Assembly (NCBI GenBank): GCA_038874655.1
Contig: JAVZBY010000002.1
Coordinates: forward strand, 1 to 42,227
Length of the DNA: 42,227 nucleotides
Direction of reading: 5' to 3'
Source of the DNA: Candidatus Woesearchaeota archaeon
GTDB taxonomy: Archaea > Nanobdellota > Nanobdellia > Woesearchaeales > GW2011-AR15
A program made the translations under genes and the position numbers. Shown in pieces: positions 20,411 through 29,797 of the stretch. Each line of letters starts with the position of its first letter. Position 1 is the stretch's first letter. Under the pieces are notes generated by a model. The model saw only the letters and a program-made list of their open reading frames with translations, had not been told where the DNA came from and did not search any database.

Positions 20411-20650
20411 ATGGCTAAACTCTATAAAGTAAGAAAGAAATGTATGATATGTGGAAATGTATTTTACCCAAAATATGCTGGCTCACTTTATTGTGAGGAT
20501 TGTAAAAAAAAAAAGAAAGAAGAAGCAAAAAAACAAAAAAAATTGGAAGAAAAACAAAAAAAAGAAAAAAAATCTCCAAAAACAAAAAAACCTAAAAAAG
20601 AATTAACTAAACAAAAAATTAGTAAGAAATCAAAAACTAAAAGAAAATAG
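20411..20650 (+). CDS. Small zinc-ribbon protein with Lys-rich tail
   Basis: CMIC...CEDC followed by highly basic low-complexity tail; SD GGTGA. Confidence 0.7.
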   Translation: MAKLYKVRKKCMICGNVFYPKYAGSLYCEDCKKKKKEEAKKQKKLEEKQKKEKKSPKTKKPKKELTKQKISKKSKTKRK

Positions 20651-20787
20651 TTTTATTAGTTTTAAAATAAGCAGTTTATAAAAAAATAATCCCCCTAATT
20701 TTCAAAACCTTTTTAGTAGTTCTTATTTTTAATTTTCTATATCACAACTCCGTTTTATTTTTAAATTATGTCTCTTTCTAAGATTTA

Positions 20788-21135
20788 ATGCTAAAAGTTG
20801 AAATTTTCACAAGTCCAACATGTCCTTATTGTCCTCATGCAGTAAAATTAGCAAAAGAATTATTGAAAGAAAGGAATGATTTCAAGATTGTTGAAACAAG
20901 CACAGGAACATATGAGGGAAGAAAAAGAGCAGAAAACTTTGATGTAAGAAGTGTGCCAACTTTATTTATAACAGGCCCCGGAACACAAGAAAGAATTGGT
21001 TATGTTGGAGTGCCATCAAAAAATACATTCAATAAAATGTTAGATATTGCATTAGGCAAAGAAAAATGGCCAGAACAAGAAAAAAAAGAATCAATCTTTT
21101 CAAGACTTTTTAATAAATTAAAAAGTACAAAATAA
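20788..21135 (+). CDS. Thioredoxin/glutaredoxin family protein
   Basis: FTSPTCPYC, VRSVPT. Confidence 0.88.
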   Translation: MLKVEIFTSPTCPYCPHAVKLAKELLKERNDFKIVETSTGTYEGRKRAENFDVRSVPTLFITGPGTQERIGYVGVPSKNTFNKMLDIALGKEKWPEQEKKESIFSRLFNKLKSTK

Positions 21136-21207
21136 AAATAATAGTCCCTAAAAACTTAATCAAAATAAACAAAAATTAAAAAAATCAATATAATGGAGGT
21201 AATTAAA

Positions 21208-21447
21208 ATGCCAAGAGTAAAAGTTTATACTACACCAAGTTGCCCATATTGTTATATGTTAAAAGAATATTTAAGGGCTAACAAGGTTGATTTTGAGGAT
21301 GTAGATGTTTCAAGTGATTATGAAGCAGCAATGGAAATGATAGAAAAATCAGGCCAAAGAGGTGTTCCAGTAGCAGATATTGATGGCCATATTGTAGTTG
21401 GGTTTGATCAACCAAGAATTGCAAGATTATTAAATTTAAGAAGGTAA
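21208..21447 (+). CDS. Glutaredoxin / NrdH-redoxin
   Basis: YTTPSCPYC, SGQRGVPV, IVVGFD; start MPRV after SD GGAGGT (track start 21193). Confidence 0.92.
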   Translation: MPRVKVYTTPSCPYCYMLKEYLRANKVDFEDVDVSSDYEAAMEMIEKSGQRGVPVADIDGHIVVGFDQPRIARLLNLRR

Positions 21448-21547
21448 TTTATAACATAATTTATTGTAAATTTCCCCTTTTAATTTTTTATTTTTTATAG
21501 ATATTTATTTAGTTAATTTATTAAAGATTTTCTTTTTTTCATTTTTT

Positions 21548-22288
21548 ATGCTTAAAAATACATTTTTGCATATTCCCTATGTTAATGAAAAAACAGAATT
21601 TTTTCTATGGCAAAATGGTTTTTTAGACTGGGAATCTTGCTTAAATTGTAATAAAAAAATAATCTCACAAATGGATTTATTAAAAAAATTTATTTTATTA
21701 TCCATAAAAAATTATCAAAATCATGAGTTTTTTTCACAAAGATTAGAAGCTAAACATCATTGGCGAGCTTATCCTGATTTTAAAGAAAAAGCTTGTTTTC
21801 TAGATATAGAAACAACAGGGTTGGATAAAAAAAAAGACGATATTACTTTAATTGGAATTTATGAACCAATAACCCAAAAAGCAAAATTCTTTATCTTAGG
21901 AAAAAACATGCATTTATTTGAAAATGAAATAAAAAAATATTCCTATCTAATTACCTTTAATGGATTTTTATTTGATTTGCCATTTATTAGAGAAAAATTT
22001 AATATTGAATTAAATCAATTACATTCAGATTTAAGATTTTTATTATGTAAATTAGGATATACAGGTGGCTTAAAAAAAATAGAAAATGATTTGGGATTAA
22101 TTAGAAATACAAATGTAAAAGATGGTTTAGAAGCAATTAAATTGTGGAATTATTACAAGAAATATAATGATGAAATATCTTTACATAAATTAATTGACTA
22201 TAATTACGAAGACATAAAAAATTTGCATTTTTTAATGGAATTTGCTTATGAAAATTTAAAAAAACAAATATTTGAAAGAATAAACTAA
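21548..22288 (+). CDS. RNase H-like (YprB/RNase_H_2) exonuclease
   Basis: FLDIETTG, TFNG..FDLPF, GGLKKIE, YNYED. Confidence 0.9.
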   Translation: MLKNTFLHIPYVNEKTEFFLWQNGFLDWESCLNCNKKIISQMDLLKKFILLSIKNYQNHEFFSQRLEAKHHWRAYPDFKEKACFLDIETTGLDKKKDDITLIGIYEPITQKAKFFILGKNMHLFENEIKKYSYLITFNGFLFDLPFIREKFNIELNQLHSDLRFLLCKLGYTGGLKKIENDLGLIRNTNVKDGLEAIKLWNYYKKYNDEISLHKLIDYNYEDIKNLHFLMEFAYENLKKQIFERIN

Positions 22289-22311
22289 TACATATAAAAG
22301 AAGATGAATTC

Positions 22312-23790
22312 TTAATTTTCAATATTTTTTAAATAATCTTCTATTTTTTTCAAAACCTCTTCTTTATTTATGCTGCTAAATCTCAAAGTTCCTGCATAAT
22401 CATGACCACCGCCATCAATTAAAGCATATGGCATTTTTTCTTTTAAATAGTCTATTAATTTTATTAAACTAAAATTAACATCATCTGCTCTAAAAATTAT
22501 TGAATCTTCACTTATTACCATAGTAATTCTTTTTCCTGTAAATAAGTCATTAGTAATTCTAGGTAATTTACTTCCAATGTAATCATAATTAACAACATCT
22601 CTATTTATCTTTATTATTTTTATTCCATTAAGGTTTTCAATAACTGCGTTTTTTTCAATTGCTTTTTTAACTAAATCTTCTTTATACTTTATAAAATAAA
22701 ATATTTCTTGAATTATTTTTTCCCTTGTTTCATTATAAAAAAATAAATCATTCAATAATTCAGAGCTTTCATTAAATTTTAGATGATATAAATCATAATC
22801 AATTGCAATTGCCCATTCCTTTAATTTTTCTAAAGTAAAATTTGAAAGTTTCAAATATTCTTCATATTCATAACCATTAGATTTATCAGCAGTTCCAGAT
22901 AAAGCTGGTAAATGATTAAATTTATTTGGATTTAATTCAGGGTTAATAAAAAAAGCCAATTCTGTTGATAAAGATCCAGCATTAATTTCAGATCCGAAAT
23001 CAAAAACATGTGGATTTAAAAAAACTTTGGAAATTTCTTTATTCTCTTTATCATATTTATGATGATCAATAATAACAAAATCAAAGCCATATTTACTTAA
23101 TCTTTTTAATGAAGGATAACTTTGACTATTGCTTCCTAAATCGCACAATATAATTAATGGCGCTTTTTCATCATATTTTTCTTTTGCATCTAAATAGTCA
23201 TTTAAATCTCTTAAAGCATCAATATAATCATAATAAGGACTTCGTGATGATATTCTTGTTAAAAACAAATGGCTTTTATCATTAATCTCTTTAATTAAGG
23301 GCAAAATCGCTTTTTCTAAAATATAGCCAGACACATAACCATCAACATCATCATGATGTCTTATAATAATTGGTCTATTTTCATCTATGGTTTTTTCAAT
23401 AATTTTAGCAGCTTCTATAAACAAAGGTCTTAATTTTTCTAATTTTTCTGATTTTATTAGAAAAGGCTTTTTTTCTAAATTAATTTTTTCAATTACATTT
23501 TGATTTATTTTTTCATAATTTAAAAGTTCAACTTCAATATTTCCTAATCTCTCTTTTACTAAGATTTTTGCTTGAATATTATTTCCAATAACTAAATTAG
23601 GAAAGGCTCTTTCACCTGCTTTTAAAAAACCAGTTGCTTTAATAACACCAGTATTATCTTTTAAATCAAAAATCGTGGGCCCAGAGGTTTGCCTTATTGA
23701 TTTTACTTGTGCTATTAAAAAGTATTCTTTTCCAATCTTATCTTTGGTAATTTCTTTTATTTTTATATAATCCATTTTAATTAATTTCAA
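22312..23790 (-). CDS. OB-fold + DHH RecJ-like nuclease (HAN/COG1107 type, no DnaJ zinc finger)
   Basis: RQTSGPTIF.L.D, HHDDVDG, CDLGS, IDHH, GGGH; start may be the second Met at 23775. Confidence 0.88.
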   Translation of the reverse strand: MKLIKMDYIKIKEITKDKIGKEYFLIAQVKSIRQTSGPTIFDLKDNTGVIKATGFLKAGERAFPNLVIGNNIQAKILVKERLGNIEVELLNYEKINQNVIEKINLEKKPFLIKSEKLEKLRPLFIEAAKIIEKTIDENRPIIIRHHDDVDGYVSGYILEKAILPLIKEINDKSHLFLTRISSRSPYYDYIDALRDLNDYLDAKEKYDEKAPLIILCDLGSNSQSYPSLKRLSKYGFDFVIIDHHKYDKENKEISKVFLNPHVFDFGSEINAGSLSTELAFFINPELNPNKFNHLPALSGTADKSNGYEYEEYLKLSNFTLEKLKEWAIAIDYDLYHLKFNESSELLNDLFFYNETREKIIQEIFYFIKYKEDLVKKAIEKNAVIENLNGIKIIKINRDVVNYDYIGSKLPRITNDLFTGKRITMVISEDSIIFRADDVNFSLIKLIDYLKEKMPYALIDGGGHDYAGTLRFSSINKEEVLKKIEDYLKNIEN

Positions 23791-23796
23791 TTTTTT

Positions 23797-24093
23797 TTAT
23801 TCTTCTTTATTATTAATTATTTTTCCGTAATCTCTTTTTCCATAATCTTGCCAAGGAGAATGTCCAAAATGTATCAACAAATCAACTCCCAAATTTTTTA
23901 CTTGTAATGGCAAATCACAACTTCCATAATTACTTGACCCCCAAATAATAACTTGTGCATTTGTATTTTTTTCAATCTCTTTTTGTATAAATTCTGCTTT
24001 TGGTTTTAGACCATCAGGTAATTGTAAGCAAACTAATTTTGAATGATTTTTTTTAATAGTTTCTATTATTCTTTTTATTTCTAAATCATACAT
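23797..24093 (-). CDS. dph2: Diphthamide synthesis Dph2, N-terminal domain only (split or truncated)
   Basis: CLQLPDGLK, NYGSCD, LIHFGHS; only 98 aa. Confidence 0.85.
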   Translation of the reverse strand: MYDLEIKRIIETIKKNHSKLVCLQLPDGLKPKAEFIQKEIEKNTNAQVIIWGSSNYGSCDLPLQVKNLGVDLLIHFGHSPWQDYGKRDYGKIINNKEE

Positions 24094-24180
24094 AAAACTA
24101 TTGAAAGAAGAAATATTATAAAAAACTAATTATTAATAAAAAATAAAAAATTTAAAAAAGAGATAAAAGTTATAGAATTT

Positions 24181-24306
24181 CTATTCAATAGCAACATCAA
24201 GAGGCATTTCTTCAATTGTTTTTTTCCATTTTCTACCATTTGTATCGCATTTAGGTATATCCATGAAATAAGTTGTATTTGTTTTTGACCTTCTTATTCT
24301 AGCCAT
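24181..24306 (-). CDS. Unannotated 41-aa ORF (MARIRRSKTNTTYFMDIPKCDTNGRKWKKTIEEMPLDVAIE)
   Basis: SD GAGGT at proper spacing, ATG...TAG. Confidence 0.55.
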   Translation of the reverse strand: MARIRRSKTNTTYFMDIPKCDTNGRKWKKTIEEMPLDVAIE

Positions 24307-24344
24307 TTTTTTACCTCTTTGGATTATATGTTTTATAATTTTTA

Positions 24345-24482
24345 TTAATAGGATAAAAAAAGTTCATCTAATTCCTCATCACTAATCTCTTTTCTATTTA
24401 TAATGCTGTGAAAATTCTTTTTTCTTCTAGAGTTATATCTTTTTAATTTGTTTAGTATTGCAGCATCTTCGTTGTCAAACAT
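24345..24482 (-). CDS. Unannotated 45-aa ORF (MFDNEDAAILNKLKRYNSRRKKNFHSIINRKEISDEELDELFLSY)
   Basis: SD-like GTGAT, ATG...TAA, directly downstream of a structured leader. Confidence 0.5.
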   Translation of the reverse strand: MFDNEDAAILNKLKRYNSRRKKNFHSIINRKEISDEELDELFLSY

Positions 24483-24504
24483 TTTTATCACTTTTTTAAA
24501 AGAT

Positions 24505-24573
24505 ACAAATTCAGGCATTTTTCATTGGGTGGGGTGAAATCAGAAAAATACTGATTTTAATGCCTGAATTTGT
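24505..24573 (-). ncRNA. Candidate structured RNA/leader: perfect 15-bp stem enclosing a hairpin and a C-rich loop
   Basis: ACAAATTCAGGCATT (24505-24519) / AATGCCTGAATTTGT (24559-24573); inner AAATCAG/CTGATTT; minus-strand BRE-TATA CGAAAGATTTAAATA at 24615-24601. Confidence 0.55.
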
Positions 24574-24714
24574 CTTTACTAAATAGTAGTATATAGCATC
24601 TATTTAAATCTTTCGTTTTTTAACTATTATTTAGTAATAACTAATTTATAAAGAAGGTAAAATAGTAAAAAAATATTAATATTATTCTAATAAAATATTA
24701 ATTAATAGAAGTCT

Positions 24715-26544
24715 CTATTTTTTTAAATAATATTGTACACTTATATAAGACGTTCTAGGTCTAAAATAAATAGCAGTTTTTAATGCTAAACCACTTTGGT
24801 TATGTAATAAAAATTGCCACCATTTTTTTGGCACAAACTCAGGAATAACAACAGTAACATTTAAATCTCTGTCTTTTTTTTCTAATTTATCTAAATAGTT
24901 TAACAAAGGTTTTACTAATCTTCTATATGGTGAATCAATCATTATTAACTTAATTCCAGGTTTATATTTTTTCCACTTTTCAATTAACTTTTTAGATTCA
25001 GAGCCACTCATATTTATATGAACAGCTTCTACATCACTGCAAAAGTTTTTTGCAAATTCTATTGCTCTAATTGTTGCTTTATTTAATGAATAAACTAAAA
25101 CAATCATTTTGTGTTTCCCTTTTTTGAAAACTAATGGAGATTTAACATCCTCTAAACTCAATTCTTTTGCTAATTCAACATAATGCTCATGGATTTTTTT
25201 AAAGATAAATATGATTATAGGAATTAAAATAATTATTATCCAAGCACCATGGCTGAATTTAGTTATAGAAATTATTAACAAAGCAATTAAAGTCATTAAT
25301 GCACCTAATCCATTAACAAAAGCTTTTCTTTTCCATTTCTCTTTTTTTTCTCTAATATTTTTAACAACCATTCCCGATTGTGATAAAGTAAAAGAAGTAA
25401 AAACACCAACAGCATATAAAGGAATTAAATGATGTACATTTCCTCCAAAAATAATTATTAAAGCAGAAGCACTAATACTTAAAACAATTATTCCTGTTGA
25501 GAAAACTAATCTGTCTCCTAAATGCTTAAATTGATTTGGCATATATCTATCTTTAGCTAAAAAATAACATAATCTTGGAAAACCCGCATAACTAGTATTA
25601 GCAGCTAAAAATAAAATCAACATTGTAAAAAATTGTATTATAAAAAAGAAAAAGTTTCTACCAAAAATATTTTCAGCTAATATTGAAACTACAGTTCTAT
25701 CATGCATAGGAGTTATTCCAAATTTAAAACTCAAAAAAGTAATCCCAAAAAACAAAAATGAAAGAAACAACGCCATAATTGTTAAAGTTTTTTTAGCATT
25801 TTCACTTTCAGGTTTTTTAAATGCAGGAACACCGTTGGAAATAGCTTCTACACCAGTTAATGCAGCACATCCAGATGAAAAAGCTCTCATCAACAAAAAC
25901 AATGAAACACTAGAAGTAAATGCAATCTCATTATGAGGCAATAAATTAATGTTGCCTGTGAAATATCTAAAAAATCCAATAAATATCATTACCAAAAAAC
26001 TAAACAAGAACATATAAGTTGGAATAGCAAAAGTAATTCCAGATTCTTTTACACCTTTTAAATTCATAATCATTATAAAGAAAATAACAAAAAGTCCAAT
26101 TTCAATTTTATAAGGTAATAACTCTGGAAAAGCAGAAGTTAAAGCAGCAACACCTGCAGCAACACTAACAGCCACAGTTAAGATATAATCCAATAATAAA
26201 GAAGCAGCAGCAATTAATCCTGGATTTTCTCCTAAATTCTCTTTAGCAACAATATAAGCACCGCCACCATTAGGATAAGCAGTAATGGTTTGTCTATAGG
26301 ATATAATTAAGATAGTTAGCAAACCAATTATTACTAATGAAATAGGTATAGAATAACTTAAAGCAAATGTTCCAGCAGTTATTAAAACTAAAAGAATTTC
26401 TTCAGTGGCATATGCTATAGAAGATAAAGCATCAGATGAAAAAACAGCTAATGCAATTTTTTTAGATAATCTTTGGTGCTTATATTCCCAATTTGGCAGT
26501 GCTTCGCCAATTATAATCCTTTTTAACTTCTCAAAAATCATCAA
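24715..26544 (-). CDS. APC-superfamily transporter, KimA/YdaO-like K+ importer
   Basis: VFSSDALSSIAYATEE, AYPNGGGAY, GCAALTGVEAISNGVP, LYAVGVF, C-terminal SPYR..., VVIPEFV..WW..LLHNQ. Confidence 0.9.
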   Translation of the reverse strand: MMIFEKLKRIIIGEALPNWEYKHQRLSKKIALAVFSSDALSSIAYATEEILLVLITAGTFALSYSIPISLVIIGLLTILIISYRQTITAYPNGGGAYIVAKENLGENPGLIAAASLLLDYILTVAVSVAAGVAALTSAFPELLPYKIEIGLFVIFFIMIMNLKGVKESGITFAIPTYMFLFSFLVMIFIGFFRYFTGNINLLPHNEIAFTSSVSLFLLMRAFSSGCAALTGVEAISNGVPAFKKPESENAKKTLTIMALFLSFLFFGITFLSFKFGITPMHDRTVVSILAENIFGRNFFFFIIQFFTMLILFLAANTSYAGFPRLCYFLAKDRYMPNQFKHLGDRLVFSTGIIVLSISASALIIIFGGNVHHLIPLYAVGVFTSFTLSQSGMVVKNIREKKEKWKRKAFVNGLGALMTLIALLIISITKFSHGAWIIIILIPIIIFIFKKIHEHYVELAKELSLEDVKSPLVFKKGKHKMIVLVYSLNKATIRAIEFAKNFCSDVEAVHINMSGSESKKLIEKWKKYKPGIKLIMIDSPYRRLVKPLLNYLDKLEKKDRDLNVTVVIPEFVPKKWWQFLLHNQSGLALKTAIYFRPRTSYISVQYYLKK

Positions 26545-26636
26545 AAAAATAGAATTTTGTTTATTTTTAAATATCTATCTGATGTTATTCAATGAATAAA
26601 AAATACCTATTTATTAATAAAAACTTTAAGAAGATT

Positions 26637-26948
26637 TTACTTTTTTATAGGAAATCTCATAAAATTTTTACAATTTAAACAATAATAAACAACTTTACTT
26701 TGACATAATCTAACTCTACAATTTATTCCTGGATAAAGATAAGAATAACATTTTTTACAAAATCTTCTTTTGAATTCTTTTGGAATCTTTACTTTATATT
26801 TCATAGATATTTTTCTTGCCAATTGAATATATCTATTGCTTAATTTAGGTTCTTTTTTAAAAAATTTCTCTGCTAATTCAAATAATCTAATAATCCATTT
26901 TTCAGCATTTTTCTTTACTTCTAATGATTTTTTCTTATACTTATTCAT
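26637..26948 (-). CDS. rnp4: Ribonuclease P protein component 4 (Rpp21)
   Basis: RYIQLARKISMK...KRRFCKKC..YL.PG.NCRVR...CLNC...RFP. Confidence 0.93.
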   Translation of the reverse strand: MNKYKKKSLEVKKNAEKWIIRLFELAEKFFKKEPKLSNRYIQLARKISMKYKVKIPKEFKRRFCKKCYSYLYPGINCRVRLCQSKVVYYCLNCKNFMRFPIKK

Positions 26949-27100
26949 ATAAAAATTAAAATTGACAATTTAATAATAAATTTATTCCTTTTTCTAAAAT
27001 ATAATCTCTAATTATAATTTTGTTCTAAAATTAAATATCTTATTTTAATAAAGCCATGATATCCATAAAATTTTAATATAAACTACTTTTGTGTAGTATT

Positions 27101-28369
27101 ATGAACTTTTTAAAGAACCTTTTTACAAAAAAACCAAGAGAAATAAAATTAAAAAGCATAGAAATTCAAGATTATTTAGATGAAAATTCTCCTAAAATAC
27201 TAGCAGAAGAATATGAAATTATTAAAAAAGATATTAATGATTTAAAAACTAATTTAGAAAAACTAAAAGAAAAATTAACAAATTTAGAAAATATAGAATT
27301 AATTAACCTAAGTGAAAGAGAAAAACTTTTTTTTGAAGGCAATAAAAAGGCATATTTAACAAAAACCTATAAATTTTTAGAACATATTTTTACTAATTTA
27401 AAATTAATTGATGAAGATAATTTAAATTTTAAAAAATTAGAAGAATTTTGTAATGAATTTAATATTTCTATTGATAATCTAAATAAAGATGTTGAAAAAA
27501 ACTATGCAATAATAAGTCATTATATTGATTTAAAAGATTCAAATGAATTTTTAAAAAAGATTAGTCAAATAATAAATGAGATAAATGATTTTCTAATGGA
27601 AGGTAAACTTTCAGAATATAAAAAATTAATACATTATATAAAGCAATATAATGAAAAATTGTTATTAACAGAAAAAATAGAAAAAGAGATCAAAGAAATT
27701 GAAAAATTAATACAAGAAAATAAAGAAAAAAAAGTAATCTCCCAAAAAAAATTAGAAGAGATAAAAGAAAGTTCTGAATATTTAGCTTATAAAAAACTAT
27801 TGTCTGAAAAAGAATCAATTATTATGCAAATAAAAACCTTAAATTCACAATTAAATAATAATTTTAAAACAATTGATAAAGAATTAAAAAAATATGCACA
27901 TGAATCTTTAAAAAATGAAATTATCTTTGAATATTTAAGTAATCCTTTAGAGGCATTAGAAAAAGATACAGAATTAAAAATTTTACATACATTAGAGCAA
28001 ATAAAAATGAATTTAGAGCTAGAATTAGAGAAAAATAAAGACAATCAAGAAAATGAAAAAAATCTTAAAAAAACATTAAAGAATTTTTCTAACTTAACAA
28101 AAGAAAATTTAGAAAAAATAAAAAAAGATTTAGTTGAGATTAAAAGAAACCTAGATATTGTTCAAGGTGTTTTAGATAGGTCTACGATAGTTATGGAAAT
28201 AAAAGATCTAGAATATCAAATAGAGCATTTTACAAAAAAAATAATTGAATTAGAAACAGAAATAAAAAATAAAAAAGAAAAATTAAAAGATTTAGAAAAA
28301 ATATCTAAAGAGAAATTAGAAAAAATGTTATATGATTTTACAGAACAAAAAATAATAATTCTAGAATAA
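27101..28369 (+). CDS. Coiled-coil hypothetical protein
   Basis: E/K/L heptad-rich; likely start MNFLKNLF (track start 27089). Confidence 0.7.
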   Translation: MNFLKNLFTKKPREIKLKSIEIQDYLDENSPKILAEEYEIIKKDINDLKTNLEKLKEKLTNLENIELINLSEREKLFFEGNKKAYLTKTYKFLEHIFTNLKLIDEDNLNFKKLEEFCNEFNISIDNLNKDVEKNYAIISHYIDLKDSNEFLKKISQIINEINDFLMEGKLSEYKKLIHYIKQYNEKLLLTEKIEKEIKEIEKLIQENKEKKVISQKKLEEIKESSEYLAYKKLLSEKESIIMQIKTLNSQLNNNFKTIDKELKKYAHESLKNEIIFEYLSNPLEALEKDTELKILHTLEQIKMNLELELEKNKDNQENEKNLKKTLKNFSNLTKENLEKIKKDLVEIKRNLDIVQGVLDRSTIVMEIKDLEYQIEHFTKKIIELETEIKNKKEKLKDLEKISKEKLEKMLYDFTEQKIIILE

Positions 28370-28372
28370 TTT

Positions 28373-29065
28373 TTAACAAAATTTTTTTAAAATATTTTTC
28401 ATGGAAGGATAAAAGTTATCATTTTTATTTAACTTTTTAATAAATTTTTTTATTAATTCTCTTTTTGAATCCTTTTTTCTTAATGGACATTTTATTTTTA
28501 AAATAGGAAATTTTTTTTTATTACTATAATCTAAGATTTCTTTTTCAGGCACAAAAAGTAAAGGTCTTATAACTACAATTTCTTTAAGGGATTTATATTT
28601 AATTTTTATTCCTTGGAATTTTGAAACAAAAAACATATTTAATAAAAAAGTTTCAATAGCATCATCTAAATTATGGCCTAATGCAATCTTGTTGCAATTG
28701 TTTTCTTTAGATATTTTGTATAATAAACCTCTTCTTAATCTAGAGCATAAAAAGCAATAATTTCCTGAGTTTTTTTGTTTTCCTAAAGTGTTTTTTAAAA
28801 TTGTATTAAAATCTGTCTTTTTAATTATATATTCTTGATTAAGTTTTTTAAAGAAATTTTCTATTTTTTTATAATTTGAGTTATAAGAATTAATTATAAC
28901 AGGCAATATCTCGAATTTTATAGGTGCTTTATTCTTTAATTGAAAAAGTAAATCATACAAAACAAAACTATCCTTGCCACCAGAAAAAGCAATTAAAATT
29001 TTATCGTTGTTTTCTATTAATTTGTGTTTTATAATTGTTTCTGAGAATGTTTTTTTTAGGTTCAT
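28373..29065 (-). CDS. ttcA: tRNA 2-thiocytidine biosynthesis TtcA-family PP-loop ATPase
   Basis: SGGKDS, CFLCSRLRRG.LY, LGHNLDD..ETFLLN, VIRPL. Confidence 0.82.
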   Translation of the reverse strand: MNLKKTFSETIIKHKLIENNDKILIAFSGGKDSFVLYDLLFQLKNKAPIKFEILPVIINSYNSNYKKIENFFKKLNQEYIIKKTDFNTILKNTLGKQKNSGNYCFLCSRLRRGLLYKISKENNCNKIALGHNLDDAIETFLLNMFFVSKFQGIKIKYKSLKEIVVIRPLLFVPEKEILDYSNKKKFPILKIKCPLRKKDSKRELIKKFIKKLNKNDNFYPSMKNILKKFC

Positions 29066-29120
29066 AGAGAGAAAAAAGTTTTAAGATTATAAAAAGTTAT
29101 ATTATTTTTTAGAAGAAATT

Positions 29121-29747
29121 TTGAATATAAGAGAAAAAAGCCAAAGCATGGATTTTGGCTCAGAAATTCATAATTATGCTAAAAGGATTTTAAATAAAGA
29201 ACCTTTTTTTTGTGATGAAAAAATTAAGCCATTTGTGGAAAATACAATAATTCTAATTGAAAAAATAAAGGAAAAATATCCCCTTATAGAAAAGGTAGAA
29301 TATCCTTTTAGTTATCCATTAAAAGATTTAGGTTTTGATTCGGATTTACAATTTTCTGGAAGAATTGATGCAATATTTAGGAATGAAGATGAATATCTTA
29401 TTGTTGATTGGAAATCAAATAAATCCTATGAAAATAATTCAGAATATAGACAACAATTAGAAGCATATAAAAAAGTTTATTCTTTAAAAGAAAAAATTCC
29501 TTATGAAAAAATCAAAGTTGCCTTAGGTTATGTTGGTTTAAGAACTGCTATAAATACCGGTAAAATTGATTATTACTTAGATGAGAGACAACCTCAAAAA
29601 ACAGCATTTGAAACTCTCTCAAAAAAAATTAATGTCATCTTATCTTGGATTAACAATGTTGATTTATTTTTTGAAGATTTCATTAAAACAAAAGAAGATA
29701 ACTTTTTGTGGAAGTCAATTGTTGAAGAAATTAAAAAAGAAAAATAA
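29121..29747 (+). CDS. PD-(D/E)XK nuclease domain (AddA/RecB-like), probably N-terminally truncated
   Basis: FGSEIH, VEYPF, GRIDAIF, IVDWKS, QQL..Y; frame stays open upstream to a TAA at 29082 with no ATG/SD. Confidence 0.7.
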   Translation: MNIREKSQSMDFGSEIHNYAKRILNKEPFFCDEKIKPFVENTIILIEKIKEKYPLIEKVEYPFSYPLKDLGFDSDLQFSGRIDAIFRNEDEYLIVDWKSNKSYENNSEYRQQLEAYKKVYSLKEKIPYEKIKVALGYVGLRTAINTGKIDYYLDERQPQKTAFETLSKKINVILSWINNVDLFFEDFIKTKEDNFLWKSIVEEIKKEK

Positions 29748-29797
29748 ATCTCTTTTTTTAATATTAAAGTTGAAATATTCTAATTTAAATTTATAAA

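Noticed and set aside
26545-26636. ydaO/c-di-AMP riboswitch upstream of the KimA-like gene
   Set aside because: The spacer is only about 90 bp, AT-rich, with no recognisable stems
27089-28369. SMC/Rad50 ATPase
   Set aside because: Coiled-coil only; no Walker motifs or zinc hook
29121-29747. Cas4
   Set aside because: Lacks the four-cysteine Fe-S motif and any CRISPR context
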